Positions 1 to 11,625 of a DNA stretch of 64,000 nt are shown in pieces. The DNA is from Macrostomum lignano. Taxonomy: Eukaryota. Numbering within the stretch: the first letter of the stretch is position 1; every line of letters starts with the position of its first letter. The notes beneath the pieces were generated by a model that worked only from the letters and a program-made list of their open reading frames with translations, did no database searches and was not told the origin of the DNA. A program made the translations under genes and the position numbers. The stretch spans positions 186,001-250,000 of the forward strand of contig NIVC01001597.1 of assembly GCA_002269645.1 (NCBI GenBank), read 5' to 3'.

Positions 1-127
1 AGGTGGAGGGTACTGAAGGGTGGAAAGTGAGAAATCTGAATGACTGTGGTACACATAGCAAGAAATGACAACAGCCATAGAAAAGCCCCGTTAAAAAAGA
101 TGATGAATAAACTCCACCCGCACTCAC

Positions 128-737
128 CCGCTCGAGTTCCACGCCAGCGCTAATAAGGTTATCTTCGAACTTCTTTCGATAGCCGTTGGCAAATCTAAAC
201 CAGTCTTTTTTCTCAGGCGACGGAACCAGATCTTCCTCCCACACGAGAACGTAGTCTGGTGTTCGATAGTGGTAATAAATACGTAATAGAAACAATAGAA
301 ACTCAATAAAAACCATATTGAGGCAACACGACAAAGCAGCTTTCAGACTTACCAACCCTTCGAACCCCATCGTTGAAATAGCAAGCAGACGGGCCTTCGA
401 AAATTTGACTGTCCAGCACAATACTTGACATCGAGTTCACTTCATCCACAGCGCTCGTGACTGCCGGACGTCTAGCATCTTTCAAACTCGAGAAAGTAAG
501 CTTTTTAGACACGTCGCTCATCAATGGAGTCTGAGCAGCACCGGCTCGATTCGGAGACGGCTGAGTCCACGCGTCTTTTCGCATCGGCTGGACCATCGCC
601 ACATTCGGCGCCTGCCTCAGTGCAGCGTCACTTTGGTAGGCAGCAGCGGGCGCTTTCTGACTCAATGAGCTCTGAAGCTGTCTCAGATTCTGAGACTGTC
701 TGGCTTCTAATGATGCTTTTTCTTGCTGAAGTTGCAT
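128..737 (-). CDS. ANO: Anoctamin/TMEM16 paralog 2, N-terminal exons (partial; continues off the left edge of the window)
   Basis: Exon 353-737 ends ...SACYFNDGVRRV G|gtaagt. Exon 128-255 starts accAG|AC TAC and reads [43 protein letters not shown]|gtgagt. The spliced product gives the anoctamin N-terminal motif YFxDGxRRxDYVLV, with the same intron phase as the neighbouring paralog. The true start may lie upstream of 737 (frame is open to ~920). Confidence 0.85.
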
Positions 738-1099
738 CGAAATCGAACTGGCATTCAGCGAAATTCTAGGAACCGTCGCAGTCGCACTCTTGCGCGGTTG
801 ATGCCCTGCTGACGCGTCTGTGGCATGTTTTTGCTGAGGCGCTGACTTTGCAGCTGGCTTCCGGATCTGCGTGTTCTTTGTTTTAATACGATGTTCGTTG
901 AGACCAGGGTGAGGTTTTCAACAGGATTTTGAGGATTTGCCAGCGGGGGAGGGGCAGGACAGAGACGAGTTGCATCCACCGGGCTAGGAGATAGGGGTAG
1001 GGGCCACCCAACAAGAGGCATGGGATACCCAGCACCTGAGAGACAGGATTGCCACAACCTAGATATGTAAGAGACAGGGGCACCAACTTAATAGACTGA

Positions 1100-1610
1100 G
1101 GCACCAACCTGAGGCAGGGACAAGGGCGCCAACCTAAGAGACGGGGTGCCAACCTAAGAGACGCGGTGCCAACCTAAGAGACGGGGTGCCAACCTAAGAG
1201 ACGGGGTGCCAACCTAAGAGACGGGGTGCCAACCTAAGAGACGGGGTGCCAACCTAAGAGACGGGGTGCCAACCTAAGAGACAGGGTGCCAACCTAAGAG
1301 ACGGGGTGCCAACCTAAGAGACGGGGTGCCAACCTAAGAGACGGGGTGCCAACCTAAGAGACGGGGTGCCAACCTAAGAGACGGGGTGCCAACCTAAGAG
1401 ATGGGGTGCCAACCTAAGAGACGGGGTGCCAACCTAAGAGACGGGGTGCCAACCTAAGAGACGGGGTGCCAACCTAAGAGACGGGGTGCCAACCTAAGAG
1501 ACGGGGTGCCAACCTAAGAGACGGGGTGCCAACCTAAGAGACGGGGTGCCAACCTAAGAGACGGGGTGCCAACCTAAGAGACGGGGTGCCAACCTAAGAG
1601 ACAGGGTGCG
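1100..1610. repeat. Minisatellite, 20-bp unit GTGCCAACCTAAGAGACGGG, ~24 copies
   Basis: Near-perfect tandem copies are visible directly and degenerate toward 1040-1130. Confidence 0.95.
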
Positions 1611-2394
1611 CCCACGAAACATTAAATATTCGAAGTTGCAGCCAGCTCGAATTAAAAGTCCTCATGCGTACGTCACTGCGCTGGAGCACCCGAGTGCAGC
1701 AGTATTGATTCGTGGCAAAAAATTGCCAGTCTTTCTAACTTAAAACCACTTCTCTAAAGTCAATATTAAATGGCAATTAACAATTTTACTTCCCTCCTGA
1801 CGACAAAAATCACAATTGCAATTTTTGAGGATAAAACGGTAAGGTAAAGTTTTATCTTACCGGTTTTTTCGCGCTGACTTTGATCGACTTTCGCATTTAA
1901 TTATTTTTGTTATTAACTAGCAGTGACATGCGACGTTGGAAATCGCTTCTTTTTTCTTTGTGTACTGGCTTTAAAGCATGCTTCAATTTTTGTCGATTTT
2001 CAATTTTTTCTTGTGAGCAAAACGTGCTCTAGCAGACGATCTCATCTATTTTTTAGGCGGCTAATCACTCATAGGCACAATGATGCAGCGTTATCAAGGA
2101 CATAGTTTTTGTCTATGGTGTGAAATGCTTTTAAGAGAATGGTGAAGGACAAAGATATGCTGGAACTTTTTATTTATATTAAAAAAGTGGCAATGTTTCA
2201 GCACTCATGCACTTGCAGATGCCGAGGGTCACGGACGATTAATTGCTGAGATGGATGCTGTTATCTTATGCTGATATCTTAGGCTAAAAACCTGAGGCGC
2301 TTAGGCCTGACGCTGTTTTGCATTAAACACAATTTTCTTTAGGAAACTAACGGTATTGTGCACAAGGCTTTCTGCACGTATCGTTTGTTAGGAA

Positions 2395-2438
2395 ATTTCT
2401 GTTTCTTTTGTTGCCTCCCCAACGGGGGGCATAGCTAG
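2395..2438 (+). mobile_element. Helitron-like 3' terminus (hairpin CCCCAACGGGGG followed by CTAG|T)
   Basis: gcctccccaacggggggcatagCTAGt. The same terminus is at 43131-43162 (+) and ~22963-22990 (-). A short GC hairpin plus CTRR before T is the Helitron 3' signature. Confidence 0.55.
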
Positions 2439-2781
2439 TCCACTATACTAAAAATGATTGGTTTCATTAAGTGCAAACAAGTCGACAATTTACTATCTAG
2501 CGATTGCATGCTTCTTTAATAATGGCTTTTTCTGATAGTAAATGCAAAAAGAATATCCAAAAAACTTAAAAATTCCTGAATTTATCTCCAAATGCATTAA
2601 ATTCAATTTTTTTAAGCAAAATAAAAACAAAAACCGTTCACTTGAAAAAAACAGCAGATTTAAATGATATATTGCTTGCTGACAGTGACAATGCTGATAC
2701 TGTAGGCATGTAAGTCAGAAAAAATTCTATTAAATTCTAAATTATATGAGAAAAGTCCGATTTCAATTATGGTAAAGATTT

Positions 2782-5700
2782 TTATAAAGCTGCCGAATCT
2801 TCGCATACAATGTCTGAACTGTCTGACGCTCTTCTTTGACGCACTACGTTCGAATTAACTCGATTATGCGAACGCAAAAGCCTCTGCATGCTGCGCTGTT
2901 GCGGTCGTTCTTGTTGCTGATTTTCTTCTGTCTGCTGCTGCTGTTGTTGCTGTTGATTTTGAATTAGTAATTGACTCCGCCGATTATAACGCTGCTGCAT
3001 CACTTGCTGGCGCAACTCAGCGTCCACGAGAGCTTGCCGGCCAAGATAGTTCTGACGCTCGATTCGTTCGACCAGTTTCTTGGGCACTCTTGGGATGAAA
3101 ATCAGTACGAGCCTTCGCAGTGAGAATACCAAGTGCTGTAAAGGGTGTGTGCAGGTGCTTTTGTAAGCGCGTAAATTAAATAGAATCGGTGAATATTGAT
3201 ATCACAACATGCCGAAGTTGTAGCTCAACTCACGCAGCTTGTTGGTAAGTACGAATACCGCATATTTCAAATCATTGTGCAACCAAACTGATACTTTCAA
3301 GGCGAGTGAACGTCCTACCCGATTGCTACCAATAACTGACATGGAATGTAAAATTACATGGCACGACGAAAGCTCGTAAGATGATCCACTTTCCATGAGT
3401 TAGCTCGTAGATGGAAAGTCATGGTGCAAAGGTAAAGCACGCACGCATAGCCTACCAAACAAAAAGTAAATAAAAAAATGAATTAAACTTGCCTCGAATA
3501 CAATTACAAAAGATAGCCGAACTACCAGCAGTTTCCAGTAGAATGGAGTCAAATTTCCCGAACTGTCTCGATAGTTTCTGTACCGACACGGCTGCGATGT
3601 GGTGTTCGGCGGCGACCAAGCCAGCGAGAAGTTGGTGAAGCCGTGTGTATCTGAACTGTGATCAATTTTGTGCAGCATCCTGGCCAAGAAGTCCGACGTG
3701 AAGGCTATCAGAAAGCCCTGCATTGCAGTTGCGCTTCAAGTGTTAGCCAATAGTTGAAAACGGTTCCCAGGCCAAGAAGCGTCCTGGAGTTGCTTGCGTC
3801 GACCCAGATTCGTTTCAGAGTCGTTGCAGGTAACATTGGTAGAACAGGAAAGAAGTGACTCTAGACGATTCTAAAACGACTAGATGTCACACTACGAGCG
3901 TAAAAGTCGCCAAAAAATCGTCAAAGAGTTTTTCAGTGTCAATTTGAAGCGTTATATTTTTCTGCGACTCTGAAACGACTTTGGGGCAACGCAAATGACT
4001 CTGGGACCGTAGAGTCGTATCTGAGACGTGCGAGAGTCGCTGTAGAATCATTATGTTGCGTCGAAAGTGCATCTACGCTCGTACGTCACTTTATGAATTC
4101 GAATCACTCTTTGAATTATAACAACTCTATTTAGTCTACTTGAATTGTTAGAGTTGAATGATGGCACGACTCTAGACAACTTTTCGCGACTCTTTACGAT
4201 TCTGCAGTTCTTGAGATGACTCAAAAGTCGCTTCATCATTGTATTACAGTCGTTTAAGTTGTTAAAAAGTCACAAGAGTCGCTAGTAGAGTCACCAAAGT
4301 TGCTAGAATAAGTTGTTTACCATGGCTCTTCAGCGATTATTGTCACGGTAACATTTTCAAAGGGTACCGTTCTATTCATTTGGCATTATATCTACCGTCC
4401 TATCCTACCCTTCAAAAAGCACTCTATTCGACTGTTGTAAAAGAAATCCTGCACTAATGATAGATTGTGTATTTTGGTTTTGGAGGTAGACAATGATTAA
4501 TTTCAATGTCTTCCTAATGAAACAAAACTTTGAACAACCCGGGTAAAAATCATCATTTTAAGTTCAGCTGATCCGAAATAGCAATTTGAAGTATAGCTTC
4601 AAAACAAGCAAGTGAGCCTTAAAATAATTCTGCAATATTTCAGTGTGCTACGTCCAGAAACAAAGACACTTCTAGTGGTTCTTAGAAAATACATTTACTT
4701 ACATTAGATATAACGGACACCACCGCTATAACGTCAAGCAGGCTGGACCACATGCCAATGCCTTGGAACTGCAAAGACAGCGGTCGGCGAGTATCCTCAA
4801 TCAGTCGTTTGGCAATGATTCGAAGGGCGAGGATATTGTTGAGAAGGGCGAACAGCGGAGCCAGTGGAAAAGCGGCTACAAAAATGGTTGCAAAACCAAA
4901 TTACAGCACCAGCTGCAAAAAGTCGTTCCACAAGCCTTCGAAACTTAACAGGCAGTAGTCCGCCTCCCACGGTTTCAACTTTTGTCCGTTCAATAGCGTC
5001 GTTGAAAAACCGGTACGAATGCCTTGTATATAGATCTTAATTCTTCTGCAGATGAACAAGGTGATTATGTATACTCGTAGCATGGGGTTATAGATCATAG
5101 CAAAGATACTAAAATCGACAAAATGACCAACTTACGGCAGGATTAGATCAATGCAATTGCTGAGCGCCTGTCTGCCTATCATAATAATAGCAAGGGTGAG
5201 CGTCAGATCTAATAAACAGCCACCTTCATCGCACTCCTCTGGCCGGTAGCCAAGCAGGGAGTTGTAGTGTCCTGGGTAGCCGGAAAATCTAAAATTGGTG
5301 GCATTCGAGGCAGCGTTGCGATGGTAACTTGAGAAATTTCGGTTTTTGACGATGAACTCGAGGTTCGATAGGAGTATCGTGTAGCATTAATTTTGAGTAG
5401 CTATTTACAAGCGTATGATCAAGTTAACATAAGGAGAGGAAAGATGAGGGAGAAGAGAGGAGAGATGAAAAGAGGGAGATGAGAGAGGAGAGAGGAGAGA
5501 GGAGAGAGGAGAGAGGAGAGAGGAGAGATGAGAAAGGAGAGAGGAGAGAGGAGAAAGGAGAGGGGAGAGAGGAGAGAGGAGAGATGAGAAAGGAGAGAGG
5601 AGAGAGGAGAGAGGAGATTCGACTAGAGAGCTGAGAAGAGACGCACACCTTAAGCGGGCCGGATTGCTATTGTGAAGTTTGAAAGGACCTCCGGGGGGGG

Positions 5701-8700
5701 CGGAGGTCGCCATCCCCTGCTGTAATAAATGGGGACAGCTGGGCAAACCAATGAGAAAGGATTCGAACTGATTAGAATTCGTTATCATCATCAGACTAAC
5801 CTGCCTTTGAAGAACGCAATATAGAATATTGACGAATAATAGTTCCAAATCTCAAAGATAAATATCTTCATTGTAACCTGATCGTCAAATTCCCATTGCG
5901 TTTTGTGCGCCTCTGAAATCGGATTAACAAATTCAATTCAAAAATTGAATTAGTATATCTTTTGAAAATTATACATCACGATTCGAGGCCGTTGCTTGCC
6001 CCATTCTGTCAGTCGGTAGGCCAGCTGCTTGTACAAAACTTCCAGGGCCAGCATCAGCAGCAGATGCAGCAGAGCGCCCAAGGCGTTAGCGACTGCCCGA
6101 GCTGTCGTGAGTAGCGCCGGCACGCGAATCAGGTACACAATGACGCTCGATTGAAAAGTGATTACGAACAGGATGAAGACGATCACTATGGCGAGCTGAA
6201 GTTGAATTTCGATAGAATAATATTAGCCTTCCTTTTTCCTGTTGAGATTGGCCTTGTTTTAAATTCCCACATGCCTCTCGCTCGTTCTGATGCAAACCGC
6301 ATAAATCTCAAGTTTTCATAGGTTTCCGTTAAAAATGTCTGTCTGCTTAAAGTAACTTAAACTATGGAACCTTTTTTGCCAGCGGATTTGGCGCCCCCCC
6401 CCCCTGCACAACAGCTGGGGCGCCCCTGCCTTGGCGCGGTCCCCTAACATGTAATTTGGCGTTGGTGCTGGCGCCCCTGGTGCTGGCGCCCCTGGTGCTG
6501 GCGCCCCTGGTGCTGGCGCCCCTGGTGCTGGCGCCCCTGGTGCTGGCGCCCCTGGTGCTGGCGCCCCTGGTGCTGGCGCCCCTGGTGCTGGCGCCCCTGG
6601 TGCTGGCGCCCCTGGTGCTGGCGCCCCTGGTGCTGGCGCCCCTGGTGCTGGCGCCCCTGGTGCTGGCGCCCCTGGTGCTGGCGCCCCTGGTGCTGGCGCC
6701 CCTGGTGCTGGCGCCCCTGGTGCTGGCGCCCCTGGTGCTGGCGCCCCTGGTGCTGGCGCCCCTGGTGCTGGCGCCCCTGGTGCTGGCGCCCCTGGTGCTG
6801 GCGCCCCTGGTGCTGGCGCCCTGGTGCTGGCGCTCCTGGTGCTGGCGCCCCTGGTGCTAAAGCTCCTGGTGCTGGAGCCTCGGGTACTAAATAAGCAACC
6901 AGAAAAAGCCTACCATAAAAAGCAGACAAATGTAGCTGCAAATAATTCTAGGCAGTCGTCGAGTGGAAGGAAAATGCGGCTCAATGATGCCAGTGATGGG
7001 GTTCCGTCTGTGCTGGTCGCATCGCGCGGCGAAGCCGGGCCGGGGCCGGCTGATCTCAACACGATAGTTGCTCACGCCCCAGCGATGGGCGAGAGTGGCG
7101 GTGCGACGCTTCCAGAACTCCAGGAAGATCAGAGCTGATTGAGTTTAAGTATAGAATTAATTTAATACCGGTTTAATTCTCATTTACTTCGCTGCAGTCT
7201 AATGTCACTGACAGTCAAATGTCACTGACAGTCAAATGTCACTGACAGTCAAATGTCACTGATAGTCAAATATCACTGATAGTCAAATGTCACTGACAGT
7301 CAAATGTCACTGATAGTCAAATGTCACTGACAGTCAAATATCACTGATAGTCAAATATCACTGATAGTCAAATGTCACTGACAGTCAAATGTCACTGATA
7401 GTCAAATGTCACTGACAGTCAAATATCACTGATAGTCAAATATCACTGATAGTCAAATGTCACTGACAGTCAAATGTCACTGATAGTCAAATGTCACTGA
7501 CAGTCAAATATCACTGATAGTCAAATATCACTGATAGTCAAATGTCACTGACAGTCAAATGTCACTGATAGTCAAATGTCACTGACAGTCAAATGTCACT
7601 GACAGTCAAATTTCGTTGACCCTCACACTTTAGTGCCAATAATCTGTTACTCGTAAGTCGTATTTACAATTGATCGCCCAGTATTTTATATCAAACCACT
7701 AAGTCTTTGTTGAAGCGTTTGTTACATGTAAGTCCATCGATTTAAGGCTAATAAAATAACGTTTGAGCTCACACCAGATCGACATGAAGACAGCGTAAAA
7801 CACGGTGCCATAATTGTCGAAAACGGCCGCCAACTTCAGTTTCCAGCAGATGTCGCTCAAATACCAAAACGGGCAGCCGTCGGCCTCGTCGCAGAATGGG
7901 CACATTTTGAATTCCTTTCCAGCCTTGCAGGTGTCCCGGCTGCAATTGGAAAAATCGTTAAACAAATGCGAACTACGCGAGCTATTATCGAGTTTTATGC
8001 AAACAGCAAATCACCTCACTTGGCAGCATTGAATGGCAGCGATGCCAGACCGTAAACAAAAACGAAGACACCAACTAGGGTAGCCGGGGCAAGCCAAGTT
8101 GTGTAGAAACCTTGAAAATTAGATTAACAGTAGGAACACCAAGCCATTTTTCCGCCCGTCGAACTACCAAGGGGGGGGGAATTCCCCCCTGACAATTTTT
8201 TTGCTGCGCCGGAACGGAGCAACGCAGGCACACGAAATTCAAGAACACGGGCTAACTTTTTGTTGCGCACCTTCTCAAACAAGAATCAAGTCGCCAGCCC
8301 TTCGGACCGTCGAGATATTCGACGATTCTGCCAGAAGGTCGGATTTTTCCCATAAGCGCCAGTGTATTCAGTTCACCCCTGTGCGCCAATCAGCACTGCG
8401 CCTCAGTGCAGCCCTGCCAAGTCTCCAAATTTCATCAGCACGTCGACCACATGTGTCTGCATCAGTTCTGACTTCGTTGGTCACTAGCCTTTACCCAGGT
8501 GGAGCTTCTGGACCCTCGACAGCTGTGGGACCAGGTGACTATGGACACCCTGATGCGGATTTCTCTAGTTTCGCCGATCAAGCCTCGACAGTGGGCAAGA
8601 ATCAACCGTCAGACATTCTCAGCTAGTCTCTCAAGCATTCCGTCATCATCCCGACGCCGTCGGCACCTTCAACAGATTACACCAGGTGACTATGGACAGC

Positions 8701-11625
8701 CTGATAAGAATTTCTCTAGTTTTGCTGATCAAGCCTCGACAGTGGGCAAAAATCAACTGCTGGACATCCTCAGCTAGTCAGTCAAGCATTCAGCCATCAC
8801 CCGGACGCCGTCGGCACCTTCAACAGGTGGCACCAGGTGACTATGAAGATCCTGTTGAAACGATGTCAGATTTTTCTTATCAAGCTTCAATAATGGGCAA
8901 ACCTCAACTGCCGGACATTCTCAGCTAGTCTCTCGAGCCTTCAGTCATCACCCCGACGCCGTCTCAGTAAAAAGTCACTATAATGAATTGCTTGCAATGA
9001 CTATTCAGCTATTCTTGTCACGGCAACATTTTGAACGGGTTAGTCCGCTTTATCTCACCTAGCCAAGCGAAGAAGAAGGCGATCTTCTCGCCAAAGTAGT
9101 CACGCACGTGGTCAAGCGGCTGAAATTTGTACCAACAGCGCCAGTTGGCCCAGTGCAGATGGAGAAGCTGTCTCAGATTGAGTTCGGGCTTCTGCTGCTG
9201 CTGTTTAGCGGTCTCTGGCTGATTGTTCTTGCAGTTTGCATTGCAGCTTTGTCTGGTGGTCTCCCCAGGCAGGTACGGTCCCTGTAAATGAAAGATTCAT
9301 TTTGGAATTGATGGCAGGGGAGACTCGCGCAGATCAGAGCTACATGTGCGTGTCTGCGTGTGTGCTTAATGTGATATACTTTGATTGTTTGACTAAGTTA
9401 ACCTCCATTCTCCGTCCCCCGCGCGTGTCTCCGCGTACATTGTCTGTCTGTTGCATTTCTATTCAATGTACATCGCTCATTAGAATTTTTAACCACCCTT
9501 AGTTCGCTTGCGCTAAGTCTCCGACTGGAATGTACTTTAAATAAACAAACTCGGGCAATCCTGACAGAGAACAACTCTCCCCTCCATACACCAGATTCTA
9601 CTGTATATTACAACAGTCAAATTTGAAACTATCAAATACATCGGACTACAGGGGGTACTCGTACATCACATTTGTAGGTGCAACGCAGGAAAAAGTCTGT
9701 CAAATCTGAGAACTGAGAACTGTTTCAGCTTACCTCGTGCAGCGGAAACGCGCACAGGTAAAATTCATCATTAATCATCCGATCGATACCGATTTCGCCC
9801 CTTCGAGAGTTGCCAAACAGCCGAGTGGACAGCAGCTCGTAGGTCACCAACTGGCGCTGTTTCTGGGAGAAAAAAGAGTCGCCGTTGTGTATCCCGATGA
9901 AGCTGCGGACGGATAGGTGATGGACGTTCGGAGTGAAATTATCCCAGTGACTTATTCTATGAAAATCGAACCGAAGTGCAGGGACATCAGGGCGGTAAAC
10001 ATATCCCTATCAGGCCATGGACCCTACTTTTTCTAGTTATCGCTAACTCTAGAGGTACGGTTATTGCGCTCATCAGTTTTGAGAAGTGCGGAGCACTTCA
10101 TCTACAACTGCACAGCCTCGCTGATCTCGGTCTAATTATACATCGCTCTGAAATTTTCTCTCTGCAGGGGGACCGCGATGCGGACACCGGCACCACCGGA
10201 TCTCCCTGCGCGAAACTGCAGCACCAGTTGCCCGTGGTTGCCAGGGGTTAGCAAAATGGGGGTCGACGGCTCCCCGCTGTATCCGGGTGCCCGGAGTCAA
10301 GTATAAGTACAGAATTTACTTAGAAATGAAGTGGAGGATGGTAAGGAACGCTTGTTTGTGGTTCTGATTCTTATATGATCTTATTCTCTGATCTTTACGG
10401 CATGCTTTCAATGTGAGGTTGCTGGTGTCTATGGCCGAATTAGCTCGTATCAATTCCGACGAAAGCACACACTATCCAACTCACTTGTGCATTTTGGCAG
10501 CGGAGAAGCCGCAAGTGTAAAACAGCTGCGCTTTCCTTGGCACAGCTGTTCCCAGCGCAATCTCGTCCATTGGCTAAAAATCGAAAGAAAAAACGCACCG
10601 ATTTTTGAAGAGTATTTTATCTTCATTTTTCTATCTTCAGCACCAAAACTCAAACCTTCAAGGGTGCCCTTAGTTTGAGATTTTCCGCATGGCAGCACAT
10701 GGCCTCCCAGGTGACGTAGAGCTTGAGAAAGTGCAACCGTTTTGTTGATGTCTCCCTTACAGCCTGTGATGTAGGGTTAGCAGAGTCATTGTAGATAGAT
10801 AGATTAGGTAGGGAAACTGTGAACTAGTGTAAATGGCTAAAATAAGCGACAGAGGGGCTCGTGAAGCTCCCTTGGTTAGAAAAACAGCAGCAATTTTTAA
10901 AGCAAACCTTCTCCATTTCTACTCCGGCTTGTTTCAGATGGTAGTGAAAATTTTGTCTGCACTTCATGCTTCTCTCAATTTGCAGCGTCTCGGGTGCATT
11001 GGGATCTTCTTCCCACACCAGCACGTAGTCTAAGGGGTCGGGGGCAGCCGTTGTGAGAAAGACTTTCATTTGGGGCTAGGGGGTCGCTGACTGACTTAGT
11101 GTCAATTTGGGGGGTCACTGAGCGACTCAATCTCAATCAGGGGTCACTGAGCGACTCAATCTCAATTAGGGGTCACTGACTGACTCAGTCTCAATCAGGG
11201 GTCACTGACTGACTCAGTCTCAATCAGGGGTCACTGACTGACTCAGTCTCAATCAGGGGGTCACTGACTGACTCAATCTCAATCAGGGGTCACTGACTGA
11301 CTCAGTCTCAATCAGGGGGTCACTGACTGACTCAATCTCAATCAGGGGGTCACTGACTGACTCAATCTCAATCAGGGGGTCACTGACTGACTCAATCTCA
11401 ATGAGGGATCTCTAGTACTGACCTACTCAGTCTCTCAACAGGTGAAAGAACCTCACTGGAACTGCACGTAGAGAATTTTATATTCACAGACCAATCTCAC
11501 TCACCTATTCGCCTAATTCCATCATCAAAATAATAGCCAAACTGATGTTGATCTCGACTAGACTGGACAAAGACTGATCCTTGGTCGCTGAGCCGAGAAT
11601 TCTGCCGGTCCAAGGAGACTGACAT
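2782..11625 (-). CDS. ANO: Anoctamin/TMEM16 family protein, 15 exons, ~897 codons, with one in-frame TAA at 4901-4903 (possible pseudogene, null allele or sequence error)
   Basis: Exons (minus): 11505-11625, 10908-11029, 10656-10763, 10485-10573, 9734-9902, 9059-9281, 8020-8110, 7773-7939, 6914-7134, 6000-6195, 5801-5912, 5136-5288, 4703-5045, 3493-3717, 2782-3135 (2694 nt, phases consistent). Motifs: [127 protein letters not shown]-type [20 protein letters not shown]. Confidence 0.93.
3765..4350. mobile_element. Dispersed GAGTC/GACTC-rich non-coding repeat, copy 1 (in anoctamin intron)
   Basis: Shares blocks such as cccaggccaagaagcgtcc and gactctggg...gagtcgtatctgag.cgtgc..gagtcgctgtagaatc with 12030-12560 and ~26000-26310, all in the same orientation. 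Confidence 0.75.
5430..5690. mobile_element. Fragment of hAT-like MITE family carrying an (AGAGG)n tract (in anoctamin intron)
   Basis: Purine tract followed by ctgagaagaga...ccggattgctattgtga, shared with ~20900-21085, 59587-60135 (reverse) and 60183-60625. Confidence 0.65.
6456..6855. repeat. Minisatellite, 15-bp unit CTGGTGCTGGCGCCC, ~26 copies, intronic
   Basis: Perfect tandem array. It accounts for the LVLAP/GRQHQ ORFs. Confidence 0.95.
7200..7612. repeat. Minisatellite, 17-bp unit AAATGTCACTGACAGTC, ~24 copies, intronic
   Basis: Tandem array with two point-variant types. The unit contains the quasi-palindrome GTCACTGAC. Confidence 0.95.
8525..8965. repeat. Three diverged ~150-bp direct repeats, intronic
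   Basis: ccaggtgactatg(g/a) recurs at ~8531, ~8681 and ~8834, each followed by ...tcaagc(c/t)tc..cagtgggcaa...gacat.ctcagctagtc. Confidence 0.85.
11105..11402. repeat. Minisatellite, 29-30-bp unit GGGGTCACTGACTGACTCAGTCTCAATCA, ~10 copies, in first anoctamin intron
   Basis: Tandem copies are visible directly. Confidence 0.92.

Noticed and set aside
124-306. 60-aa ORF as an anoctamin exon
   Set aside because: Wrong frame. The real exon (128-255) is in a different frame and reads DYVLVWEE.
4901-4903. Alternative genetic code (TAA read as Gln)
   Set aside because: Other genes in the window use TAA/TGA as normal stops (e.g. anoctamin TAA at 2782-2784, HP1 TAA at 22673-22675). One site cannot support recoding.
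6444-6941. GRQHQ / LVLAP repeat proteins
   Set aside because: 15-bp minisatellite inside an anoctamin intron.
10824-11069. ATG at 11069 as the anoctamin start
   Set aside because: An upstream exon (11505-11625) supplies YFDDGIRRI and splices in phase to the acceptor at 11030, so 11030-11069 is intron.
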